NCBI GenBank assembly: GCA_910587355.1
Contig: CAJUKF010000009.1
Location: forward strand, 3,308 to 67,307
Source of the DNA: an uncultured Muribaculaceae bacterium
GTDB lineage: Bacteria > Bacteroidota > Bacteroidia > Bacteroidales > Muribaculaceae
Reading direction: 5' to 3'
DNA length: 64,000 bases
In this document: positions 1 through 11,548 of the stretch, one piece after another
How the letters are laid out: the number at the start of each line of letters is the position of its first letter
Numbering within the stretch: the stretch's first letter is position 1
Made by a program: the position numbers and the translations under genes
Notes under the pieces: model-generated
What the model was told of the DNA's origin: nothing
What the model saw: the letters and a program-made list of their open reading frames with translations, nothing else
Databases searched by the model: none

Positions 1-1
1 T

Positions 2-517
2 ATCAAAAATCCTGTCGTCGGAGAATTTTTAGGCTTTACAGCTGATTCTGCTTACCGCGAGTCAGAACTCGAACAGGCTATAATCGACAATCTCGAGAAG
101 TTCCTGCTTGAAATGGGCAAAGGATTTGCGTTTGTAGCGCGCCAGCAGCATATCCATACCGAAAGACAAGACTATTTTATAGACCTTGTTTTCTACAACT
201 ATATTTTAAAATGTTTCGTGCTTATTGACCTGAAGACATCGGCCATTCAACATCAGGATGTAGGGCAGATGGATATGTACGTCAGAATGTATGATGAACT
301 GAAGCGGGCCAAGGATGATAACCCGACTATCGGCATACTTCTATGCGAAGATACTGATGAAGATATAGCCCGATACTCCGTGCTTCACGACAATGACCAT
401 CTTTTTGCCTCTAAATACATGACTTATATGCCAAGCCCCGAACAACTTCGAGCCGAAATCGAGCGACAAAAGGCTATTTTCTATCTTCAATTAAAAGAAA
501 AAGATAATGAAGACTGA
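2..517 (+). CDS. YhcG/DUF1016-family PD-(D/E)xK nuclease-domain protein, 5'-truncated by the window edge
   Basis: The frame is open from position 2 (IKNPVVGEFLG...ESELEQAIIDNLEKFLLEMGKGFAFVARQ...IDLVFYNYILKCFVLIDLK...DVGQMDMY...DNPTIGILLC), matching the YhcG C-terminal signature. Confidence 0.9.
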   Translation: MKNPVVGEFLGFTADSAYRESELEQAIIDNLEKFLLEMGKGFAFVARQQHIHTERQDYFIDLVFYNYILKCFVLIDLKTSAIQHQDVGQMDMYVRMYDELKRAKDDNPTIGILLCEDTDEDIARYSVLHDNDHLFASKYMTYMPSPEQLRAEIERQKAIFYLQLKEKDNED

Positions 518-689
518 ATTGAAAATGAAAGTCATTATTCTTCTTGCCGGAGCCGGTTATCCTCTGAAAATCCACGATGAAGTGTTCAAGGAAATTCTCG
601 GACATGCAGAGAACTTCAAAAGCCATACTTCGTTACGTCCATATTCTACACTCACTGATAATTCAGTTTCAATAGCTGCTGAATCGTAA
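507..689 (+). pseudogene. Remnant resembling the C-terminal tail of a type I restriction subunit HsdR (DUF3387-like end)
   Basis: KTELKMKVIILLAGAGYPLKIHDEVFKEILGHAENFK resembles the recalled HsdR end motif KAELKVDLILLL..GYPP...DEV.KEIFEQAENFK. It is only 60 aa with no upstream helicase part. Confidence 0.6.
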
Positions 690-746
690 AAGGACATCGT
701 TGGACGCAACATCTTACGTAATAAATGGGAATAATAAAAGGAAATT

Positions 747-822
747 ATGAATACCGGACAGATTATATTATTTCAGACTCCGGAGGAGAGATGAAGATTG
801 AGGTTCGGCTTTTGCTAATTGA
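747..822 (+). pseudogene. Frameshifted N-terminal remnant of a RhuM-family protein
   Basis: ATG at 747 reads MNTGQIILFQT; a shifted frame continues GGEMKIEVRL. Together these resemble the RhuM N-terminus (..IILFQT.GGETKIEVRL), after which similarity is lost. Confidence 0.55.
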
Positions 823-994
823 GCAGCACAGTGTTATAGGGTTTAAAGTTACTTTTTGTCGTGCGGACGCGAAAAACCGCGTCCCTGTTTGCAGTAACAC
901 AGTGCTTTGGTTTGCCTTATGAATTGAATCTTGTGAAAATCTTTGATTTTGATAGTTTGCCGGATAATCGCATTGGGGTGAATAAATACTGAAA

Positions 995-1030
995 CAGGAG
1001 GCAAACACTTGTAACGGTGTTTGCCTCCTG
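995..1030 (-). terminator. Intrinsic terminator downstream of the GtaA-like gene
   Basis: 14 bp perfect stem CAGGAGGCAAACAC / GTGTTTGCCTCCTG with an 8 nt loop and a short U-run on the minus strand, just past the stop at 1054. Confidence 0.75.
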
Positions 1031-1053
1031 GCTTAATAGGGGAAGGTGTTTTT

Positions 1054-3552
1054 TTATTTGTCGTTCAGTTTTCCGCTTTCGGAGAGGAGCTTCATGTAGA
1101 GGCCGCCGATGACGGCACGGGCCATGAAGCCGCGGCGCTCGGGACGGTCGGTCCATGTCCAGTCGGACATGGGGACGCGGTCGGTGGTTTCGTTGTAGAA
1201 GCTGTAAATCGGCTCTACGAGTGCATTGAAGTCCTCGGGATTCTCGGCCATGGATGCTGTCCAGAGTACCCAGTCGGTCTTGGTGTATTTCTCTCGGCAG
1301 TCGAGGGGAAGGCCGTATTCGTTCTGCTTACCGAGATAATATTTGATTTCCGACTGCATGATTTCGGGGTCGAATACGTTGAGACCGAGCATCTTGTCCC
1401 ATACGAGGTTGTATTTCTGGCTCCATGTGCCTTCTTTGTCGAATGTGAGGCGGTAGTGGTCGCCGTCGGCTGCGTTCTCTTTCCATTTGGCGGCATAATC
1501 GAGGGCAATGTCGCGGTATTTCTTTGCCACGTCCTCTTTGCCGAGCATGTCGGCCATGGCTGCATATGCTGCAATGGCCTCGATAGCCTTGGCGGAGAGA
1601 TTGACGTTGTGTGCGAAGTGTCCGGCGAAGTCGTCGGTGCAGAGCTGGTTCTCGGGGTCGAGACCGTTCTCAACTAGATAGTCGACCCATGTTGTGAGGG
1701 TGTTCCAGTGCTTTTCGGCATACGAGGGGTCGTTCTGCGCCTTGCATACAGCGGCGGTAATCAGAATCATGTTGCCGCTTTCCTCTACGGGCATGTCGCC
1801 GCCGTAGGTCTGACCGTTGGCACGGGGATAGGTGCCTACGTCGTGTGCCGCGAAGGGTTTGGGCCAGCGGCCGCTTTCGCTGTAGTCATAGATGAAGTTC
1901 ATCGTGGCCTTGGCGAGCTCGGGATTGAAGTAGAGCAGCAGCGGTGCTGTGGGATAGGTGATGTCGACGGTGCCGATAGAGCCGTTCGAGTCATTTTCTT
2001 TGGAGAAGAAGAAAAGCTCGCCCGAGGGGCTTTCGACAAGTTTGTGGGCGGCGATTGACTGACGGTAACAAGCTGCGAGAAGGTCGGCATATTTCTTGCC
2101 GCCGGCTTCTGTTGCGACTTTCATGAGGTTGCGGTCGAAGTCATAGCAGAGGTTGATGAGGCTGTCGCGCTGAGCGTCGGCGGCTTCGAACTGAGATTCG
2201 ATTGTCTTGTCGCCTGTGCGGTTCCAGTAAGGACGGAGGTTTTCGCCCATGTACTGAATCGAGCAGATGTCGTCGTAACCGACCATTACATAGCCGTCGG
2301 CATTTTTTACATCGCCGAATTTGCGCACGATTGCCATTGAGCCGTCGTCTCCTGTGGCTTTGGTGTTGCCCGATACGCTCTGTCCGGCAACGAATCTGCT
2401 GCGGAGAGACGAAGGTTCGCCTACGCCGTATTCAATCTCAGCCTTCGGTGCGGCGAGATAGAAATATCCCCAGTCGATTGTGACATGGTCGCCGCCTTTG
2501 GCGAGAATGGCCTGCTCGGTGCTCCCGGCACGGAGATAGGCTATGCCGTTCTTCTCGTAGGCTTCGGTCTGAGAGGCCTGATGCGGCTCGGCGAGTGCCC
2601 AGCGGGGAGATGCCTCGAAGTATACTTCAATGTCGTGAGCGTTGCCGTCGTTTGCAGTGGCCTTATAGTTCACATAATTGACAGGCCGGCTGAGTATGTC
2701 GAGGTCGCCGTCGAGGAAAACGGGTGCTGCGAATGATACCTTGAGGTCGACCGGACCGCAGGTGAATGTATAGTGTGTCTGAGTTGCCTGTACGTCGGCT
2801 GATGTCTGCACGGCGGTTTCGGGGAAGTTGGTGTCGAGCGACTTGGGTATGAGCAGACCGAAGTCGAGGAGCCCGAACCCTACGGGGTTGACGCACTCGG
2901 CGGCGAGGAGATTCGTGCCGCCGGTCAGTGCGGCGCGTGCTTCGGCTGGAAGTTCGAAAACGCGGTTTTTGTTGCATCGCGAGCCTGTGTTGTAGATTTC
3001 CACGCCGTTTATGTAGAATATAGCGTCATCGTCGTTGGAGAATTCCAGATATACCGGCATTTCTGCGGGCAGCGTGTCGGGAATCTCAACAGTGCGGCGC
3101 ACCCATATCTCGGGAGTATTCCATTCAGTGCGGGCCGTGGGTTCGTTGCTTGTGCCGAAAGCGGCCGCTCCTTTTTTCCAAGCCGAGTCGTTGAAGCCGG
3201 GAGTGTTCCATCCCGCGGCGGGGCGGGTTGTAGTCCAGCGGCCTTCCCATTCACCTTGCTGCGATGTGGGTACGAGAGGTTTTGTGTCTTTTTCTTCCGT
3301 GCCCATGAAGCGGTAGGGCTTGCCGTCGACCTTGATTACACCGATAAAAGGAAAAGATTTTCCGGTCCAGTGTGTTACGGGGGCATCGTAAAGATTGTCG
3401 GCGGCCGACCATGCGCTCGCATAGGGGTCGATTGTCACAAGCGGATAAGCCGGCACGCGAAGGTCGTTCTTCACGGTCGATTCATCCGTGGTGCCTGTGC
3501 TGCAGCTTACCAGAGCTATTGTGGCAAGGGATGAGATTAAAAGGTTTTTCAT
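1054..3552 (-). CDS. Glutaminase A (GtaA)-like lipoprotein (DUF4964/DUF5127/DUF4965/DUF1793 architecture)
   Basis: Lipobox LVSC; motifs LRVPAYPLVTIDPY, FSKENDSNGSIGTVD, MPVEESGNM, QLCTDDFAG, WSQKYNLVWD, YTKTDW. Start placed at MKNLL. Confidence 0.85.
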   Translation of the reverse strand: MKNLLISSLATIALVSCSTGTTDESTVKNDLRVPAYPLVTIDPYASAWSAADNLYDAPVTHWTGKSFPFIGVIKVDGKPYRFMGTEEKDTKPLVPTSQQGEWEGRWTTTRPAAGWNTPGFNDSAWKKGAAAFGTSNEPTARTEWNTPEIWVRRTVEIPDTLPAEMPVYLEFSNDDDAIFYINGVEIYNTGSRCNKNRVFELPAEARAALTGGTNLLAAECVNPVGFGLLDFGLLIPKSLDTNFPETAVQTSADVQATQTHYTFTCGPVDLKVSFAAPVFLDGDLDILSRPVNYVNYKATANDGNAHDIEVYFEASPRWALAEPHQASQTEAYEKNGIAYLRAGSTEQAILAKGGDHVTIDWGYFYLAAPKAEIEYGVGEPSSLRSRFVAGQSVSGNTKATGDDGSMAIVRKFGDVKNADGYVMVGYDDICSIQYMGENLRPYWNRTGDKTIESQFEAADAQRDSLINLCYDFDRNLMKVATEAGGKKYADLLAACYRQSIAAHKLVESPSGELFFFSKENDSNGSIGTVDITYPTAPLLLYFNPELAKATMNFIYDYSESGRWPKPFAAHDVGTYPRANGQTYGGDMPVEESGNMILITAAVCKAQNDPSYAEKHWNTLTTWVDYLVENGLDPENQLCTDDFAGHFAHNVNLSAKAIEAIAAYAAMADMLGKEDVAKKYRDIALDYAAKWKENAADGDHYRLTFDKEGTWSQKYNLVWDKMLGLNVFDPEIMQSEIKYYLGKQNEYGLPLDCREKYTKTDWVLWTASMAENPEDFNALVEPIYSFYNETTDRVPMSDWTWTDRPERRGFMARAVIGGLYMKLLSESGKLNDK

Positions 3553-3701
3553 TGCAATAAAAATGTAAGTACTATGCAACAAACGGCATCAGGTACCCCC
3601 TTATTGCCCAGTGGCGCTATTATTGACTAATTTGTCGCTATTCCCTACTTGTCTGTAAGGCCTTTTTCCGTACTTTGCAATAAAAATAAACCTAAACCCT
3701 G

Positions 3702-5273
3702 ATGAAAAAAGTAATAGCATCCGTTGCTCTGGCGCTTATGACTATGATTCAGGCCGGAGCACAGACAACCATAAGTGACACCGAACTGGCACAGCGCAAC
3801 ATAAACCGCTGCATGGCTATCGTAGATGCCTGCTGGGACAAGACGATGGCCGGAAGTGAGGCTTACATGTATATGGCCGATACATACAACACGGCCGACG
3901 GCTCTAAAAGCGGACCGTCGGACATATGGCCGCTAACGGCAGCCGTGGAGGCTCATTGCTCGCTGCTCGAAGCCATTGATTTTGCACGGCGCGACGACGA
4001 AAGCCTCTATGAGGCAGAGCGTGAGAAATATGCACACCGTCTGGAGGTGATAATCGATAACCTTGACTATTACAGAGGTTCGTACCGGCGCCCTTCGTAT
4101 GCGACACGTATCCGCAGCTGGCAGCCTTATGCCGTGCCTCGTGCATCACAGAAGGGCAAGGCCGACGTGACCGGAATACTTAATGTGTACGATGACCAGA
4201 TGTGGCTCTCGCGTGAACTTATACGCGCATGGCGGCTTACGGGCAAGCAGGCTTATCTCGACCGTGCCGCATATCTTGCCGATTATGTGCTCGACGGCTG
4301 GGACTGCTGGCGCGATGCCGACGGCAACGAGTACGGCGGCATAACATGGGGGCCGGGATACAACTCAAAACATGCGTGCAGCAACGCGCCTGTGATTCAG
4401 CCACTTGTATGGCTTGCCGAAATCTATGCCGACAGCGATGAGAAAACCGAATACAACTACCGCGACGCTGACAATAAACCCGTGACCGAACAGCGCCTCC
4501 GCGAAGAGCTTTATCTTGATTTCGCACAGCGTATTTTCGACTGGCAGCACAGTACGCTCGCACATCCCACAGGCGTATATTACGACATGATTGGCGGAGA
4601 GCAGGCCGAGGTGGTCTACAAAGACGGTTACCGCCAGCATATCAATACCGGAAGGCCCGGCGGTGAGTTTTATCCGTATAATACCGGCACAATGATTGCA
4701 GGCGCAGCAGAGCTTCTGCGTGTGACAGGCGACGAAACCTATGCCGAGCGGCTCAATGCGTCGGTCAGCGCGTCGTTAGGCCGCTTCTGCCGATACAGCC
4801 CTGTGATTTTGGGTTATGTGCTCACAACCGACGAAAAGGCAACTTCGGGTTTCCGCACGTGGTTCAATGATGTGCTACTGCGTGGTCTTGCCGATGCCGA
4901 GCCTTATTGTTCCGGCTCGGCCTGCGGACGCATCATCAGCGCCGCGCAGGCCGCTCTTGACTACGCCTACGACAACTATAACCGCGGCGGTTTTCTGCCT
5001 ATTGACCTTACGGGCGGCTGGGGTGACGAGACTGTGACAAAACCTTTTCATCAGTTCGCTTTTGCCTCGGAGTACGGTGTTCTCGCGCTGCGTTTGCTGA
5101 AGCGTGTCGCAGAGGAGGCTTCGGTAAATGCTGACGTCGTTTCTTCCGGAAACCGCAATACGAGTGTCTACACACTATCTGGCGTAGAAGTCGGCGCTGA
5201 GGAAGAAGTAGCCGGCTCACTTCCCTCCGGAGTTTATATCATCGGTGGCAGCAAAATATTTGTGAAAGAGTAA
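3702..5273 (+). CDS. GH76 (alpha-1,6-mannanase-like) glycoside hydrolase with signal peptide and T9SS-like C-terminal domain
   Basis: GH76 catalytic motif VYDDQMW, GGITW, SKHACSNAP, YNTG; C-terminus VYTLSG...LPSGVYIIGGSKIFVK. Confidence 0.85.
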   Translation: MKKVIASVALALMTMIQAGAQTTISDTELAQRNINRCMAIVDACWDKTMAGSEAYMYMADTYNTADGSKSGPSDIWPLTAAVEAHCSLLEAIDFARRDDESLYEAEREKYAHRLEVIIDNLDYYRGSYRRPSYATRIRSWQPYAVPRASQKGKADVTGILNVYDDQMWLSRELIRAWRLTGKQAYLDRAAYLADYVLDGWDCWRDADGNEYGGITWGPGYNSKHACSNAPVIQPLVWLAEIYADSDEKTEYNYRDADNKPVTEQRLREELYLDFAQRIFDWQHSTLAHPTGVYYDMIGGEQAEVVYKDGYRQHINTGRPGGEFYPYNTGTMIAGAAELLRVTGDETYAERLNASVSASLGRFCRYSPVILGYVLTTDEKATSGFRTWFNDVLLRGLADAEPYCSGSACGRIISAAQAALDYAYDNYNRGGFLPIDLTGGWGDETVTKPFHQFAFASEYGVLALRLLKRVAEEASVNADVVSSGNRNTSVYTLSGVEVGAEEEVAGSLPSGVYIIGGSKIFVKE

Positions 5274-5282
5274 GAAAATTGT

Positions 5283-5290
5283 TAACTTTG
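5283..5290 (+). promoter_or_regulatory. Bacteroidetes sigma-A -7 promoter element upstream of the GH29/GH2 genes
   Basis: TAACTTTG matches the TAnnTTTG consensus, about 80 nt upstream of the GH29 start. Confidence 0.6.
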
Positions 5291-5369
5291 CAATATATGT
5301 GAGTAACGGCCTTGTTCTCGGTCAGCTGCTTACATTTTTTTATTGCGTAATAAACAGAAATATGACATA

Positions 5370-6818
5370 ATGCACCTGAAACCTGTTTTGTTGTCAGTTG
5401 CGGTGGCTTCTGCGCTGGCTGCATCTGCTCAAAAGGCTCCCGAGCCTTACGGCCCCACGCCCAACGACCGTCAGAAAGAATGGTTCGACCGTGAGATTAT
5501 AGCTTTCTTTCACTATGGCATAAACACTTATGAAGATTTTGTGAATGAAGGGGAGGGAAAGGCTCCCACTGCTATTTTCAATCCTACCGCTCTGGACTGC
5601 GGCCAGTGGATACGCACGCTTAAAGAAGCGGGTATTCCTGCCGGTATCCTTACGGCCAAACATGCCGATGGTTTCTGTCTATGGCCGAGCAAATATACCG
5701 ATTATTGTGTTAAGAATTCGCCATGGAAAGACGGCAAAGGTGATGTTGTGCGTGAGTTCGTGGACGCATGCAAGGAATACGGCGTGAAAGCAGGCATTTA
5801 TCTCGGCCCGCACGACCGTCATCAGCATCTGCACCCTGACTATAATACCGAATCATACAAAAAATACTACGCATCGCAGATTGAAGAGCTCATGACCCAG
5901 TACGGACCGATATGGGAAACATGGTGGGACGGAGCGGGTGCCGATGAGCTCACGACCCCTCTTTATACCGTGTGGTATGATATAGTACGCTCCAATCAGC
6001 CCGACTGCGTGATTTTCGGAACCAAGAATTCATATCCCTTCGCCGATGTGCGCTGGATGGGCAATGAAGCCGGCGACTGCGGCAATCCCTGCTGGGCCAC
6101 TACCGACTCAATATGTATCCGCGACGAAGCCGGCCATTTCGACGGCCTAAATCATGGAGTGCTCGGCGGCAATGCCTATATTCCGGCCGAGACCGATGTG
6201 TCTATCCGTCCGAGCTGGTTCTACCACGACGTGGAGGACAGTAAGGTGAAAAGCGTCTCCGAGCTTTTCGATATCTACTGTACCAGCGTGGGCCATAACA
6301 GCGTGCTCCTGCTCAATCTTCCGCCCGACCGCCGCGGTCTGCTTCATCCGACCGATTCGGACAATGTGATTGCCCTGCGCAAGGGTCTCGACGCCACTTT
6401 CGGCAATAATCTTCTCAAAGGGAGCAAAGTGCGCTCCACCAACAACCGCGGAGGCCGTTTCAATGCCCGTAACCTCATAGACAACGACCCCGCCACATAT
6501 TATGCAGGACGCGACGGCATGAACACCGGCGAAGTTGTGTTCACACTTCCGCGCCCGGCCACTTTCGACTGCCTGATGGCCGCTGAAGTGATTGATCTGG
6601 GCCATCGTACCACAGGCTGGGCCGTGGACTGGTCGACCGACGGCAAGACATGGAACACCATACCCGAAGCATCGGCCCTGCAGAGCATCGGTCACAAATG
6701 GATTGCGCGCTTCAAGCCTGTCACTGCAAAGTATGTGCGTCTGCGCATAACCGACGGCGTGGCATGTCCGGCTCTTCACACTTTCGGTGTCTACAAAATT
6801 GACGATTCGCTCAAATAG
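5370..6818 (+). CDS. Alpha-L-fucosidase (GH29) with C-terminal F5/8 type C domain
   Basis: FFHYGINT, TAKHADGFCLWPS, nucleophile motif WWDGA, ETDVSIRPSWFYH, SVGHNSVLLLN; signal peptide present. Confidence 0.92.
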   Translation: MHLKPVLLSVAVASALAASAQKAPEPYGPTPNDRQKEWFDREIIAFFHYGINTYEDFVNEGEGKAPTAIFNPTALDCGQWIRTLKEAGIPAGILTAKHADGFCLWPSKYTDYCVKNSPWKDGKGDVVREFVDACKEYGVKAGIYLGPHDRHQHLHPDYNTESYKKYYASQIEELMTQYGPIWETWWDGAGADELTTPLYTVWYDIVRSNQPDCVIFGTKNSYPFADVRWMGNEAGDCGNPCWATTDSICIRDEAGHFDGLNHGVLGGNAYIPAETDVSIRPSWFYHDVEDSKVKSVSELFDIYCTSVGHNSVLLLNLPPDRRGLLHPTDSDNVIALRKGLDATFGNNLLKGSKVRSTNNRGGRFNARNLIDNDPATYYAGRDGMNTGEVVFTLPRPATFDCLMAAEVIDLGHRTTGWAVDWSTDGKTWNTIPEASALQSIGHKWIARFKPVTAKYVRLRITDGVACPALHTFGVYKIDDSLK

Positions 6819-6826
6819 GGATTTGA

Positions 6827-10435
<3,609 letters not shown>

Positions 10436-10440
10436 ATTCT

Positions 10441-10487
10441 GAAACATACAAAGAACGTCCCGGTGCTTTCGTAGCGCCGGGACGTTC
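10441..10487 (-). terminator. Strong hairpin with its U-rich tail on the minus strand
   Basis: GAACGTCCCGG(TGCT)...(AGCG)CCGGGACGTTC at 10453-10487. It is followed by TTTGTATGTTTC on the minus strand but by CCACG on the plus strand. Confidence 0.7.
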
Positions 10488-10580
10488 CCACGTTTCAACT
10501 ATTTATTTATGAGAGCCCCAGCATCCAATAATCACTACTCGATACTGAGGACGAGGGATGCTTGTTGCTTTCTTTATCAG
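10441..10580 (-). ncRNA. Candidate small RNA (unverified)
   Basis: Non-coding interval with a minus-oriented terminator, an internal AGCATCC/GGATGCT stem and an upstream TTGTTATA element. No minus-strand CDS accounts for the terminator. Confidence 0.35.
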
Positions 10581-10697
10581 TATAACAAAATTCAAGGCAC
10601 GATTACTATGTTAAATTGGTGAAAGAGTGCTAATTTAGATGTTTGAAAACGATTAAAAAGCTAATAAAATTTACATCTTTTTTTTAATTCACTTAAA

Positions 10698-11306
10698 ATG
10701 AATAAAAGGTCATATATCATACCAGAGGAAGTGAGCCGCGACGAGTATTTTGCACAGGAATGGACAAAAATGCACGCCGGTGAAGTATATGATGCCATAT
10801 ATCCGGGGTTCGGCGAACTATTGAGAAAGACACGACGCACAATCAAGCGCTACAACGACCTCGACCCTTTCTCTCCTGAACTGAAAGAGATTCTGACCTC
10901 GCTTCTCGGAGGATGCGGGTCTTCAATTCTGATTAATCAGCCGTTCCGTTGCGACTTCGGCTGCAATATTTTTGTCGGGGAGAATTTTTTTGCAAATTTC
11001 AATCTTACCATACTTGACGAAGGCCTTGTGACAATCGGCGACAACTGTTTCATCGGGCCGAATGTGTCGATTTACACGGCCTGTCATCCTCTTGAGGCGG
11101 AGGAGCGCAACAAGGGTGTCGAATGGGCGGAGCCGGTGACAATCGGCGACAATGTGTGGCTGGGCGGCAATGTGACAATTCTGCCCGGTGTCACAATCGG
11201 AGACAACTGCGTGATAGGGGCCGGTTCGGTAGTGACAAAAGATATTCCCGACGGCTGTGTCGCCGCCGGGAATCCTGCAAATGTCAAGAAGGAAATCAAG
11301 CAGTGA
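10698..11306 (+). CDS. maa: Maltose/galactoside O-acetyltransferase family protein (hexapeptide repeat)
   Basis: PFRCDFGCNI.VG.NFFANFNLTILD, IGPNVSIYTACHP, PVTIGDNVWLGG, GAGSVVTKDIP, AGNPA. Confidence 0.85.
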   Translation: MNKRSYIIPEEVSRDEYFAQEWTKMHAGEVYDAIYPGFGELLRKTRRTIKRYNDLDPFSPELKEILTSLLGGCGSSILINQPFRCDFGCNIFVGENFFANFNLTILDEGLVTIGDNCFIGPNVSIYTACHPLEAEERNKGVEWAEPVTIGDNVWLGGNVTILPGVTIGDNCVIGAGSVVTKDIPDGCVAAGNPANVKKEIKQ

Positions 11307-11405
11307 GCAACTATACATTGGGATGATAGTATCCCAATATATTTGTGTATTTGATAACAAGTGTTAATCCTTTCAGAGAACGTTTATTCAATGAACGAAA
11401 ACAAT

Positions 11406-11413
11406 TAACTTTG
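11406..11413 (+). promoter_or_regulatory. Sigma-A -7 element for the R-M operon
   Basis: TAACTTTG, about 135 nt upstream of the methyltransferase ATG. Confidence 0.6.
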
Positions 11414-11548
11414 CAATAAATGTGCGCTTGTTGCTGACAAAGACCACTAATAATATAATAAACATTTATATAATATAACGGAACTTCCTTGTTGCCGCAT
11501 AAAGGTTTGGTTGCCTGTCAGCCTACATGGAAGTTTCTGCTTGTTAAT

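Noticed and set aside
725..922. 65 aa ORF MGIIKGNY...
   Set aside because: Better explained as a frame crossing the frameshifted rhuM-like remnant; it gives no coherent product.
11489..11548. TTG-initiated N-terminal extension of the methyltransferase
   Set aside because: It falls inside the leader hairpin; the ATG at 11549 gives a normal distance to motif I.
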